Shown here: one piece after another, positions 1 through 9,570 of the stretch | Layout of the letters: each line of letters begins with the position of its first letter | Numbering within the stretch: position 1 is the first letter of the stretch | NCBI GenBank assembly: GCA_041659365.1 | Contig: JBAZYH010000001.1 | Coordinates: forward strand, 37,590 to 101,589 | Direction: 5' to 3' | DNA from: Minisyncoccota bacterium | GTDB taxonomy: Bacteria > Patescibacteriota > Minisyncoccia > Phycocordibacterales > GWA1-40-21 | Length of the DNA stretch: 64,000 nt | Translations under genes and position numbers: made by a program | The notes under the pieces: model-generated | Database searches by the model: none | Seen by the model: the letters and a program-made list of their open reading frames with translations, nothing else | What the model was told of the DNA's origin: nothing

Positions 1-538
1 TACTTAATAATCTCTTAGCGAGGTCTTCCAACGAAAAAGCAAACTCGAAAACAAATCCGCCTAAATTGTCTACGAAAATCCATTTGTAGAAATCCTCGGC
101 TCCGCCGAGGTTAACAAGAGTATCTTTTTTCTTTTTGTCCTCGTGGAGATAATGTCCGTAAAACCAATCATCAAGAATATTTTTAATCGTTTTGCTTTCC
201 TTTACCGGAATACCAGCAGGAAAACTGATTGTTAAATTTTCATCGTAATCACTTTGGCATTTTTGCAACTCTATTTTTTCGTCGGGCCTAACATATTGCA
301 TAAAAACAGGGAACATTTTCTTAAAACTTGTAGGTTCGCTTTCCATGTAAAGCTTTCGCACATCAAGAATAAACGAGCGAAGCAATTCCTCATTGGGTTT
401 TTGAGCATTTGGCCGCGAGTAGATAATATCGAACAGATTATTTTTCTGAAATTCCGCCATAAATGGTCGGGCGCGTATACGCCCGACCAAATCAACAAAA
501 TCAGTTATTTTTTTGCGGTCAGAATCTATCATCGGCAT
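1..538 (-). CDS. hypothetical protein, partial (C-terminus runs off the window start)
   Basis: Open frame on the minus strand from ATG at 536-538 to position 1 with no stop (MPMIDSDRKKITDFVDLVGRIRARPF...LEDLAKRLLS). Missing from the ORF track because it lacks a stop. No recognisable family. Confidence 0.35.
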   Translation of the reverse strand, partial: MPMIDSDRKKITDFVDLVGRIRARPFMAEFQKNNLFDIIYSRPNAQKPNEELLRSFILDVRKLYMESEPTSFKKMFPVFMQYVRPDEKIELQKCQSDYDENLTISFPAGIPVKESKTIKNILDDWFYGHYLHEDKKKKDTLVNLGGAEDFYKWIFVDNLGGFVFEFAFSLEDLAKRLLS

Positions 539-918
539 CCTATTATTTTATTTTTAATCCACTTAAATACATCAAATTTATTTTTTACTTCGATAAATTT
601 TTGATTATAGGTTTTATTGGAATCCAGTTTTCCTAGTTCGTAATTTTTTTCTTCTTGTATTTTTCCGAGTTTTTCTTCCAAGGCAATTACCCATTCAGAT
701 GTCGTATCATAGTTTATTCTCTCATCACCCCAATTATCTAATACTTGTTTATTTTTATTGGTAAACTCAAATTCAATCTTGTCTATGCTCAAATTATTAT
801 CTTTTAAATTTTTCTCAGCAGATAATTTTTCAACTTCTCTTTTTTCTTTATCTGAAAATAAATTAAATATCATTTTTAATAAATCCATAATTACGTCTTT
901 ATCTTTTCTTACTTGCAT
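529..918 (-). CDS. hypothetical protein (Lys/Glu-rich)
   Basis: ORF 529-1002. The annotated 5' end overlaps the upstream protease gene, so an internal Met at about 918 or 888 is the more likely start. No family recognised. Confidence 0.3.
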   Translation of the reverse strand: MQVRKDKDVIMDLLKMIFNLFSDKEKREVEKLSAEKNLKDNNLSIDKIEFEFTNKNKQVLDNWGDERINYDTTSEWVIALEEKLGKIQEEKNYELGKLDSNKTYNQKFIEVKNKFDVFKWIKNKIIGCR

Positions 919-1841
919 TATTTTACGGCCCACGCATTTAATATTCGACCTAACGATTCTATTTCGCCAAGTGTTGCATATGTGGGCATCCCAATAAAAC
1001 AATTGTTTTTTGTAAGAACCGCAATTCCGCCAGAATTTCCAGCATCAATTTTTGCCGATGTGATAAAATAATCACCGTCAATACCGGAAATAATACCTTC
1101 TGTTGCTGTAATGTCCGTCTTAGAACCTATAGTTGGATAACCCAAAACTAATACGTCATCTCCGATTTTTGGATCACCTTTTTTACAATAATTTTGTATT
1201 TTTCGTGCAATCAAATCTGAATCTGGATTATTTGGGGTTATGACAGCATTATCATAATTTTCTGAGGACAAAACGGCCCCGGCCTCTTCGCCAACTTTGT
1301 AGACTTTATCAATATCTGGGAAAGTGATCTCGCATTTATTTGGTCTATAATTATCACTACTGACTACATGTTTATTTGTATGTACAACAGGAAACCATGG
1401 CCCATAAGAACCATCGGGGTTTACGCGTCGAAGAGATTCCACCCAACCGGAACCTGCAGACATTTCCCCCGAACTCCACGCACAAACAATATAAGCCAAA
1501 CTTTTACGCCAAAAAGAAATTATTTCACCTAAACTCAACCGATCATTTTCTATATTTATCGTACTTTCTAATTGCTGCTGTTTTTCTTTCGTTGTCGCAC
1601 TTTCTTGTTTGAGTTTCTCAATCTCTGATTTCGCTTCTTCCAAAGATTTTTGTTGTGCCTCCGCTAGCTCCCGCATCTTACTTTCTTTATCTTGTGTCGT
1701 CTTCTCTTTTTCGGCTTCTGCTATTTTGTAGTTTTGGTATTGCTCCACACCGACATATCCCACACCACCAATCACAAATATACCGACAATAATAGCAACT
1801 AAAATTGGAATTTGTATAAAACCTTTTTGTTTATTTTTCAT
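918..1841 (-). CDS. trypsin-like serine protease with N-terminal membrane anchor and coiled-coil
   Basis: N-terminal TM helix, a long coiled-coil (EKEKTTQDKESKMRELAEAQQ...), and a C-terminal chymotrypsin-fold core with active-site-like DAGNSGG. Confidence 0.55.
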   Translation of the reverse strand: MKNKQKGFIQIPILVAIIVGIFVIGGVGYVGVEQYQNYKIAEAEKEKTTQDKESKMRELAEAQQKSLEEAKSEIEKLKQESATTKEKQQQLESTINIENDRLSLGEIISFWRKSLAYIVCAWSSGEMSAGSGWVESLRRVNPDGSYGPWFPVVHTNKHVVSSDNYRPNKCEITFPDIDKVYKVGEEAGAVLSSENYDNAVITPNNPDSDLIARKIQNYCKKGDPKIGDDVLVLGYPTIGSKTDITATEGIISGIDGDYFITSAKIDAGNSGGIAVLTKNNCFIGMPTYATLGEIESLGRILNAWAVK

Positions 1842-1902
1842 AACAAAATTATATCATTTACACTTTAATAAAACAAAAAATAATGATTTCCTATTTTGTG
1901 TA

Positions 1903-2640
1903 TATCACGAGTTACTAAATTTTTTAAAATCAACTCCCAGTGGATTTTAAAAAGACGACGAAATATACAGGGAATCTTCCATTACATGGACAGTACAATA
2001 CGATTAATTAAAGGATTTCTATTTTGTGTGGTCAGGAATATTTTCTCGTCGACACTCAAAAATTTCACGACCCTAGCTCGTGATTTTGTTTGCTAACAAA
2101 ATATCACTGCGCTTTCCACAAACTAAAAAACCACTTTTTAAAATCAGCTCCCGGCAGATTTTTAAAAATACGTTACAGGGACGTGAGTACACTTATCTCC
2201 CTCGACTAAAACTTTTTCGTCAAAAAGTTTTGTCTGGGCACCGCCTCGCATTTTTATTTACTAATAAAAATTGGCTCCGGCGTTCGATCCATGACGTGAG
2301 CAAATACTTTTGCTCACTTCGGGTCCACGTGTATCACGAGTTACTAAGTATAATTTTTCGCTACGCTCAAATTCTACGTAAGTACTCGCGACCCCAGCTC
2401 AGTAATTTGCCTGCTGACAAATTATACCTGCACTTTCCACAAACTAAAAAACCGCAGCAGTGCGGTTTTTCTTAACGTTTGTGGACCCGACAGGGATATC
2501 GAAGCTTACAGCTTCAGTACCCCTATTGGCTCACTTATTCGTGATTACACTCTAAGTTTGGCTCAATAGGGCTTCGATCCCTGACGTAAGTGCTATTCAA
2601 AGCACTTACTTCGGGTCCACTCGAAAAACAAAAACCGCCT
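1903..2640. repeat. two tandem copies of a noncoding unit (about 1903-2330 and 2331-2640) containing tRNA-Ala 3'-end-like fragments and hairpins
   Basis: Shared blocks tatcacgagttactaa (1903, 2331) and ctttccacaaactaaaaaacc (2110, 2440). tRNA 3'-half-like GGCGTTCGATCC...CGGGTCCAC (2273-2327) and GGGCTTCGATCCCTGACG...CGGGTCCAC (2568-2620) each carry a perfect hairpin inserted before the acceptor strand. Inverse copy gtggacccgacagggatatcgaagc at 2481-2505. Confidence 0.55.
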
Positions 2641-2664
2641 TAAAAGCGGTTAAGTTTTTCAGAG

Positions 2665-2737
2665 TGGACCCGACAGGGATCGAACCTGCCACCCCCTCAT
2701 TGCAAATGAGGTGCTCTACCAAATGAGCTACGGGCCC
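2665..2737 (-). tRNA. tRNA-Ala (anticodon UGC)
   Basis: Reverse complement GGGCCCGTAGCTCATTTGGTAGAGCACCTCATTTGCAATGAGGGGGTGGCAGGTTCGATCCCTGTCGGGTCCA folds as a cloverleaf. It has a 7-bp acceptor stem with the G3:U70 Ala identity pair, anticodon loop TTTGCAA, and T-loop TTCGATC. CCA is not encoded. Confidence 0.85.
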
Positions 2738-2799
2738 AAAAATATTTAATTATCAACCTAATTGCAAACTCGGGTCACAGATATTTTTTTGGTAAAAAA

Positions 2800-2891
2800 T
2801 TCTTCGACCCCGACTCCTTCACCTTCGTTCAGTCCGTCTTTTCACTTGGGTCCCTAACCCAAGCTCAACTCCACCACCTGAGCTAGGGCCC
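2800..2891 (-). other. tRNA-like fragment / degenerate tRNA (5' half resembles tRNA-Ala)
   Basis: Reverse complement begins GGGCCCTAGCTCAGGTGGTGGAG (acceptor plus D-arm like), but no canonical anticodon or T-arm could be folded. Confidence 0.3.
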
Positions 2892-3073
2892 AATATTTAA
2901 CTAACAAACGAAACAAAATTACTTTTGTAACGCTTGATATATTAGCATATTAATATATTTTTTCCAAGTGATTTAGCAAAATCACAATTATATAATACTT
3001 ATAAAATTTTACTAATACAATTAGTAAGAATTTTAACGAACGACGATAATTCACAGACGTCTATAATCTACGA

Positions 3074-4063
3074 CTAATCACTATCATTCTCTATTTTCTT
3101 ACCATTTAAAGCTAGTGTAATAATATGATCTAGAAAATGAGGAAAAGCACAACCAATAGCTTCTAATGATTTGGGTAATAATGATTCTTTTGTTAGACCA
3201 GGAAGTGAATTAACTTCGAGTATATATATCCCCCTCTTGTGACTTACAATGAAATCAGACCTCGAATAATGTCTTAAACCAAGTACCCTATGGGCTTCTA
3301 CCGCCATATTTTGTATGGTCTCTTTTTCTTTTGAAGAAAAATTACCCGGACATACTTCCTCTGAACACCCAGAATATTTTTCATCATAACCCCAAAAGCC
3401 TATTTCTCTGGGCTTAAGAATCTCGATAGGTAAAAGTGGATAAATACTTTTTTCTCTAAAATTTTCTATGACACCACATGTTGCTTCCCTTCCTTGTATA
3501 AATTCCTCAACAATTAAAAAATCTGAATGTCTAAACGCCTCCTCCATGGCAGGAATTATATCTTTAACGGATTTAACAATAGTAACACCGAGAGAAGAAC
3601 CGCTACCCCCTGGCTTCACAATCGCTGGCATAGGGAATGTTTTAAAAATCTCTTGTGCTTTTTCTTCCGTATTTTCACCTTTTTTAACAACTATATAAAC
3701 AGGAGTTTTTAGTCCAGCTTTTATAAAAAAATCTTTTGCAAGTACTTTATTCATACCAATAGCAGAAGCCAGAGCTTTGGAACCAGTGTATTTTACACCA
3801 AAATGATTCATCAACTGTTGAACTTTTCCGTCTTCACCATATTCACCATGAAGAGCATTAAAAACAACATCAACATCTCGAAAAACTTTTGCAGGAGCTA
3901 CTGAAACACCATCAACATACCACCCACCATTTTTAGAAATAAAAACATCTGTGGGAATATATTTATCAGGTAAATTTTCTAAAACACTCTTCCCTGTTTT
4001 AAAAGAAACTTCTGATTCCCTGCTAGGTCCGCCACGTAAAACAGCTACTTTTATTCTTTTCAT
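3074..4063 (-). CDS. ddl: D-alanine--D-alanine ligase
   Basis: Full-length ATP-grasp Ddl pattern: KVAVLRGGPSRESEVSFKTG, ALHGEYGEDGKVQQLMNHFGVKYTGS, KPGGSGSSLGVT, EVNSLPGLT. Confidence 0.9.
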   Translation of the reverse strand: MKRIKVAVLRGGPSRESEVSFKTGKSVLENLPDKYIPTDVFISKNGGWYVDGVSVAPAKVFRDVDVVFNALHGEYGEDGKVQQLMNHFGVKYTGSKALASAIGMNKVLAKDFFIKAGLKTPVYIVVKKGENTEEKAQEIFKTFPMPAIVKPGGSGSSLGVTIVKSVKDIIPAMEEAFRHSDFLIVEEFIQGREATCGVIENFREKSIYPLLPIEILKPREIGFWGYDEKYSGCSEEVCPGNFSSKEKETIQNMAVEAHRVLGLRHYSRSDFIVSHKRGIYILEVNSLPGLTKESLLPKSLEAIGCAFPHFLDHIITLALNGKKIENDSD

Positions 4064-4142
4064 AATAATATTATATCACTTATAAAAACAAAATTAAAAT
4101 AAAATACCGCCCTCATTAAAGAGAAGCGGCATTTTCAAGCTT

Positions 4143-4538
4143 TTATTCGCTTATGGATGTAAATTCAACTTCTTTACCGATAACACTGACTTTATACAAC
4201 TTTCCAATCTCAGGAATAGCCATATACTTACGATCAGTCAGCCAAGTAAAAACATTGCAAAGTATAGGTTCCCTCTCTTTTCCCTCCATTACATCAAGAA
4301 GTATGTAAATTCCATGTATATTGCGACAATAACACAGTATTTTTACAACACGACCGCCTATTTCACCAGCGAAATCTCTTGTTGGTTTACCAAGACTTTT
4401 CTTGCTACCAGAAGCAATTCCCTTATTAAAAGCTACCCCTTTCGCGTCATTAAGGACAAGAAGCATCCCTAAAAATAAGAAAACAGCAAAGATAAAAACT
4501 GTCATAAAGACCCGAAACCAAAACATACTCATGTACAT
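4143..4538 (-). CDS. hypothetical single-pass membrane protein
   Basis: N-terminal TM helix followed by a 100-aa soluble domain. No family recognised. Confidence 0.4.
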   Translation of the reverse strand: MYMSMFWFRVFMTVFIFAVFLFLGMLLVLNDAKGVAFNKGIASGSKKSLGKPTRDFAGEIGGRVVKILCYCRNIHGIYILLDVMEGKEREPILCNVFTWLTDRKYMAIPEIGKLYKVSVIGKEVEFTSISE

Positions 4539-4600
4539 CCTGAACCTCCTTTATTCAAACGTTTAAAAAACAACTCCATCGAGAATACTATATCTTTATT

Positions 4601-5932
4601 CTATTTTGTAAAGATAGACCTTTTTTCTCTATGATATTTAATAGCAAACCTATGAGCTTCACTGTTTGCAAGTAAAATATCGTTTGAATACTTTTCTGTT
4701 ATATTTTTAGATCCCAATATTGCTTTCGGTTTATGATATTCATCTTTTAAGACAGAAACAATCTCAATTTTAGATACTTCGCTCACCAAGGTCTCTCCTT
4801 TTTGAGGATTCAAGGAAAGACCTTTCTTCATTTCATTCAAAACTTTTCTAGCAACATTTATCTGAGCTTTTCCACCATCTACCACAATAATCTGAGGGAA
4901 AGCCCATTCTAAATGTTTAAACCTTCTCTCTAAAATTTCTCTCAAAGCATCAGTATCACTCCCCTTACTATTTCTTATAATAAATTTTCTATATTCATTT
5001 TTATTTATTTCTCCGTTTTCTATTACAGTCATTACACCAACATTATTTGTACCTGAAAGATGAGCTACATCATAAGCTTCAATACGAAACAGATGCGGAC
5101 TAGACGCGGATTTTATGCTGACTTGACGCGGAAAATTAAAAACATTTTCTTCATTATATTCAATATTCGACATTCTGTATTCATCTTTTATAAGAGCTAC
5201 ATCTTGAATATGATTTAGTGCGAAAATAGTTTTTTTAATATTATTTGCTTTTTCGAATTGTTGATTCTTAGCAAAAATGTTCATCTCTTTTTCAAGATTT
5301 TTTATTATTTGTTTTTTTCTACCTTCAAAAAATAATTTTATATTTTTAATGGTTTTTTGATATTCTTTCTTTGTAACCAAACCAACACAAACACCAGGAC
5401 AAAGTCCTATTTGATAATTAAAACATGGTTTATCCTGACCAATCTTACATTTATCTCTAAAAGGGAAAATTTTCCTTACTATTTTTATAGCTTCTTTAAG
5501 CTGACTTCCGTTTGTGTATGGTCCAAATTTTTCTTTAATCGAGTATTCTAATTTTTCAATATTTTCTAAATTTCTTCCACGTTCAACTAAAACTCTAGGA
5601 TAGTCCTCTTTTGTAATAACAACATAATTAAAACTCTTATTATCTTTTTCTTTTGTATTATATTTTGGTTGATGTTTTTTTATAAGCTCAGCTTCTAAAA
5701 TAATTGCCTCGAGAACTGAGTCTGTTTCTATATAATCAATTTTATCTGCAAGAAAAACCATATCCACAATAAGAGGACTTCTCATGGCTATCAAATCACT
5801 AGAAAAATAACTTTTTACTCTATCTTTAAGAGATGTAGCTTTTCCAATATACAAAATCCCTTTTCCTTTTTTGAAAAGATAGACACCAGGATTTTCTGGT
5901 AAAATATTATTTTTTATATATTGACTATTCAT
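4601..5932 (-). CDS. uvrC: excinuclease ABC subunit C (UvrC), short form lacking C-terminal HhH domain
   Basis: GIY-YIG N-terminus (PGVYLFKKGKGILYIGKATSLKDRVKSYF), UVR-like motif (FEKANNIKKTIFAL), and RNaseH-like endonuclease domain (RIEAYDVAHLSGT...IIVVDGGKAQI). 443 aa against about 600 typical. Confidence 0.85.
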   Translation of the reverse strand: MNSQYIKNNILPENPGVYLFKKGKGILYIGKATSLKDRVKSYFSSDLIAMRSPLIVDMVFLADKIDYIETDSVLEAIILEAELIKKHQPKYNTKEKDNKSFNYVVITKEDYPRVLVERGRNLENIEKLEYSIKEKFGPYTNGSQLKEAIKIVRKIFPFRDKCKIGQDKPCFNYQIGLCPGVCVGLVTKKEYQKTIKNIKLFFEGRKKQIIKNLEKEMNIFAKNQQFEKANNIKKTIFALNHIQDVALIKDEYRMSNIEYNEENVFNFPRQVSIKSASSPHLFRIEAYDVAHLSGTNNVGVMTVIENGEINKNEYRKFIIRNSKGSDTDALREILERRFKHLEWAFPQIIVVDGGKAQINVARKVLNEMKKGLSLNPQKGETLVSEVSKIEIVSVLKDEYHKPKAILGSKNITEKYSNDILLANSEAHRFAIKYHREKRSIFTK

Positions 5933-5995
5933 ATTTAATATGATTACATATTATCAGAAGTTATTAAACAACTCAAACAAAAAAAGGAGCTGATT

Positions 5996-6262
5996 ATGTT
6001 TTGGTCTTATGTTATGCAATCCCGCATTCTTACTGGAATACTTATCATTATTCCTGTAATTCTTTTTTTACTCTCCACGTTTGACAAAAGAGACGAAAAA
6101 AAAGAGATACTGGAACTTGAGCTTGTCGATACAAGTGATTCTGAAACAGATATGGTGGGAATAAGAAAAAAGGGAGTATTGTTTAGACGTAAACTTTACG
6201 CCGTTGCGATAGTTTTTATTATACTTTGTCTACTCAAAGAGTGCTTCTTTTGGCACTTCTGA
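5996..6262 (+). CDS. small two-TM membrane protein
   Basis: Strong RBS aaggag 8 nt upstream; two hydrophobic helices; followed by terminator accccgcgtacacaacgcggggt plus T-run at about 6268-6300. Confidence 0.5.
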   Translation: MFWSYVMQSRILTGILIIIPVILFLLSTFDKRDEKKEILELELVDTSDSETDMVGIRKKGVLFRRKLYAVAIVFIILCLLKECFFWHF

Positions 6263-6376
6263 ACCCTCTACCCCGCGTACACAACGCGGGGTAAGTTTTT
6301 ATTTCTTTATCATTTTTTCATAGCCCAGTAACACAACTCTGTTGCAGGATGAAGTCAGTCACAAGACAGGTTTACC

Positions 6377-7975
6377 TTACTTTTGTTTCTTATTTAATAC
6401 TCTCTTTAAGTATTTTCCTGTGAAGCTCTTCCCATTCATCGCAATATCTTCAGGAGTACCTTTTGCTATAATTTGTCCACCTTTATCTCCACCTTCTGGA
6501 CCAATATCTATAACATAATCAGCAGATTTTATGAGATCCATATTGTGTTCAATAACCATTACTGTATTTCCATTGTCTACAAGCTTTTGTAAAATCTCTA
6601 TAAGTTTTTTTACATCTTCATAATGAAGACCGATAGTTGGTTCGTCCAAGAAATAAATCGTCTTATACATTCCTGGTCTGTAAAGTTCTGAGGAAATTTT
6701 TACTCTTTGTGCCTCTCCACCCGAAAGGGTTGTTGCAGACTGTCCAAGCTTCAAATATCCAAGACCAACGTCATTTAGACATTTTATTCTATCGTAAACA
6801 TTGGGTATATCTAAAAAGAAATCCTGCGCCTCTTCTACAGTCATATCAAGTACTTGATGAACATTTTTTCCTTTATATTTTACTTCCAAAGTTTCTTTCA
6901 TAAATCTTTTTCCATTACAAATATCACAAGGTACATAAACCGTAGGAAGAAAATGCATTTCAACTTCTATGTTTCCATTACCTTCACAAGTTTCGCAACG
7001 CCCACCTTTTACGTTAAAAGAAAATCTATTTGCCTTCCATCCCCTTTCACGAGCCATCACAGTTGAAGCAAAAAGCTCACGAATAAATGTCCAACATCCA
7101 GTATATGTCGCCGGGTTTGAACGAGGAGTTCTACCTATTGGAGACTGATCTATCATTACAGTTCTGCTTATATATTCTGAACCAGTAAATGACGCGCAGT
7201 TATGAGTCTCCGTTGATCTCATTTTTCTCTCAAGTCTTGCCTGAAGATTTTTATATAATATTTCATATATAAAAGAAGATTTTCCAGAACCAGAAACTCC
7301 AGTGACACAAACAAGTTTACCTAGAGGAACATCAATATCCATATTTTTAATATTAAATATCTTTCCCCCTCTTATTTTTAATTTTCCTTTATCTTGATCC
7401 CTTCTTTTTTCTGGAATCTCTATTCTATCTTCTCCACGCAAATAACTAAGAGTAAGTGATCCACTTTCATTTTTCTTTGCTGTTAAAAGTTCGTCGAGAT
7501 ATCCAGTGACGACAACTTCTCCACCATGGACCCCAGCACCAGGACCAATATCTACGATAAAATCGGAAGCATACATGGTATCTTCGTCATGTTCCACAAC
7601 AATAATAGTATTACCTAAATCTCTAAGATCTGTAAGCGTTTTTATGAGTTTGTCATTATCTCTCTGGTGTAGTCCTATGGTTGGTTCATCGAGCACATAA
7701 AGCGCACCTACGAGCCCAGAGCCGAGCTGGGAGGCAAGACGGATCCTTTGAGCCTCTCCTCCAGAAAGTGTGTTTGCTCTTCTATTTAATGATAAATATT
7801 CTATACCAACATTGGTCATAAACAAAAGTCTAGAATCTATCTCTTTCAAAATAACATTCGATATTTCTTTTTCTGTTTCAGTAAGTTTTACTTCATTAAT
7901 AAAAGTTTTTGCATCTGTAATAGATTTTGCAACGTAGTCTACAATATTTAGACCATTTATAAGTATATGAAGTGC
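6377..7975 (-). CDS. uvrA: excinuclease ABC subunit A (UvrA), C-terminal segment, in frame with the upstream segment
   Basis: The same frame continues straight after the TAA: ALHILINGLNIVDYVAKSITDAKTFINEVKLTETEKEISNVILKEIDSRLLFMTNVGIEYLSL, then LSGGEAQRIRLASQLGSGLVG, the second ABC domain and LSGGEAQRVKI. The first Met of the track ORF is at 7849. Confidence 0.85.
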   Translation of the reverse strand, partial: ALHILINGLNIVDYVAKSITDAKTFINEVKLTETEKEISNVILKEIDSRLLFMTNVGIEYLSLNRRANTLSGGEAQRIRLASQLGSGLVGALYVLDEPTIGLHQRDNDKLIKTLTDLRDLGNTIIVVEHDEDTMYASDFIVDIGPGAGVHGGEVVVTGYLDELLTAKKNESGSLTLSYLRGEDRIEIPEKRRDQDKGKLKIRGGKIFNIKNMDIDVPLGKLVCVTGVSGSGKSSFIYEILYKNLQARLERKMRSTETHNCASFTGSEYISRTVMIDQSPIGRTPRSNPATYTGCWTFIRELFASTVMARERGWKANRFSFNVKGGRCETCEGNGNIEVEMHFLPTVYVPCDICNGKRFMKETLEVKYKGKNVHQVLDMTVEEAQDFFLDIPNVYDRIKCLNDVGLGYLKLGQSATTLSGGEAQRVKISSELYRPGMYKTIYFLDEPTIGLHYEDVKKLIEILQKLVDNGNTVMVIEHNMDLIKSADYVIDIGPEGGDKGGQIIAKGTPEDIAMNGKSFTGKYLKRVLNKKQK

Positions 7976-8986
7976 TTATTCTCTAAGTCTCGCACCCTTA
8001 CACTTTTCACAATCTTCATCAGAGAAAAAATCTTTTGTTCCAAGACCATTACACTCACTACATGCTCCATAGGGTGAGTTAAAAGAAAAAAGTCTAGGCT
8101 CTATCTCAGGATAAGAATATCCATCATAAGGGCACATGAATTTTACAGAAATCATTTTCTCTTCTTCAGGAGTTTCTATCTTAAGTAAACCTTTTGACTC
8201 ATCTATAGCTTTTTCTACAGCATCAGATAAACGCTCCTTAATAGCATCTTTTTTATCCTTAAACTCACTTATATAAAATTCATCGACAAGAACGTCTATG
8301 TCGTGTTTTTTATTTTTTGAAAGAATTATTTGATCCCTAAGCTTTTTAAGTTGACCATCTATTTTTACTGATTCATATCCTTTTTCAAGTAAATCATAAA
8401 GAAGCTGATAATATTCTCCTTTTCTTCCCACAACTACAGGTGAAAAAATTTTTATTTTATCACTTACAACTTCTACTCCAAGAATTTCCCTAGAATTCTT
8501 TGGTGCTTTAATTGCATAAACTGTATGAAAAATTGTTTCTAAGATTTCTTCCTTTGAAAGCTTCTTTATTTCTCTTCCACAAACCAAACAATGTGGTCTA
8601 CCAATTCTTGCAAAAAGAATTCTAAGATAATCATAAATTTCTGTAATAGTAGCTACTGTGGAACGAGGGTTATTTGAACGAGATTTTTGATCTATAGAAA
8701 TAGCTGGTGAAAGACCAATGATTTCATCCACATCCGGCTTCTGCATCTGATGTAAGAATTGTCTTGCATATGAAGAAAGTGACTCTATATATCTACGCTG
8801 GCCTTCCGCAAAAATAGTATCAAAAGCAAAAGATGACTTCCCTGAACCGGAAAGGCCTGTAACTGCTATCATCTTATTTCGAGGCATCTCAACTGTGATA
8901 TTCTTAAGATTATGAGTTCTAGCACCCCTTACAATAATCTTGTCAGAATTATGATTTACATCTGTTTTTGTTTTTTTTGTATTCAT
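7976..8986 (-). CDS. uvrA: excinuclease ABC subunit A (UvrA), N-terminal segment ending at an in-frame TAA
   Basis: UvrA N-terminus with Walker A ([25 protein letters not shown]) and zinc-finger region ([32 protein letters not shown]). Stop TAA at 7976-7978. Confidence 0.85.
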   Translation of the reverse strand: MNTKKTKTDVNHNSDKIIVRGARTHNLKNITVEMPRNKMIAVTGLSGSGKSSFAFDTIFAEGQRRYIESLSSYARQFLHQMQKPDVDEIIGLSPAISIDQKSRSNNPRSTVATITEIYDYLRILFARIGRPHCLVCGREIKKLSKEEILETIFHTVYAIKAPKNSREILGVEVVSDKIKIFSPVVVGRKGEYYQLLYDLLEKGYESVKIDGQLKKLRDQIILSKNKKHDIDVLVDEFYISEFKDKKDAIKERLSDAVEKAIDESKGLLKIETPEEEKMISVKFMCPYDGYSYPEIEPRLFSFNSPYGACSECNGLGTKDFFSDEDCEKCKGARLRE

Positions 8987-9082
8987 ATAACATTAAATGC
9001 CCTCTAGGTTTGCCCTAGGGGTTTATACTGAATTTATATAGTAACAATTAGTATGAAGATTGTAAATAGGTATACTTATTTT

Positions 9083-9111
9083 GACAATCAACTACATAAA
9101 CGATAACATAA
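9083..9111 (+). promoter_or_regulatory. sigma70-like promoter candidate for the NUDIX gene (TTGACA, 17 nt, TAACAT)
   Basis: ttgacaatcaactacataaacgataacat lies 8 nt upstream of the ATG at 9119. A near-identical tttgacaatcaa core also occurs at 13201. Confidence 0.35.
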
Positions 9112-9118
9112 ATAAAAA

Positions 9119-9550
9119 ATGATCTATCTTAAAAAACCTAAAAAATTCAATAGCATATTTGAAGTTGTAAGTTGTTTCTTTGAAAAAGATGGAAAAATTT
9201 TACTATTACACCGCCAGGACTACAAGCCACAAGGAAATACTTGGGGTGTTCCCGCAGGAAAAGTTGAAGTTAATGAAATTCCCATAGACGCTATTACTCG
9301 AGAACTCAAAGAAGAAATTAGCTACAAAATCAATACAGATACTTTTAAACTCACTAAAACAATTTATGTAAAATATCCTAAATACGATTTTATATATCAC
9401 ATATATTATTTACCTATAACAAAAAATTTTGAAATAAAAATTGACCCAAAAGCCCACAAAGATTTTAAATGGATAACACCTAAAGAAGCTTTAAATATGA
9501 ATTTGATTCAAGATTTAGATGCTTGTATTAAAATACAATATAATATTTAA
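9119..9550 (+). CDS. NUDIX hydrolase
   Basis: Nudix box GVPAGKVEVNEIPIDAITRELKEEISY. Confidence 0.85.
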   Translation: MIYLKKPKKFNSIFEVVSCFFEKDGKILLLHRQDYKPQGNTWGVPAGKVEVNEIPIDAITRELKEEISYKINTDTFKLTKTIYVKYPKYDFIYHIYYLPITKNFEIKIDPKAHKDFKWITPKEALNMNLIQDLDACIKIQYNI

Positions 9551-9570
9551 AAATAAAAACTTTAAAAAAT

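Noticed and set aside
1896-2475. Track ORFs 1896-2096 (+) and 2080-2475 (+)
   Set aside because: They lie entirely within the duplicated noncoding/tRNA-fragment region, have no RBS and show repeat-driven composition, so they are judged spurious.
7976-7978. Genetic-code reassignment (code 4/25 or TAA recoding) explaining the in-frame stop in uvrA
   Set aside because: TGA terminates the LOG gene (17865-17867), and TAA/TAG terminate many well-supported genes here (ddl, rpoC, rpoB, NUDIX). The standard code fits; the uvrA TAA is an isolated event.
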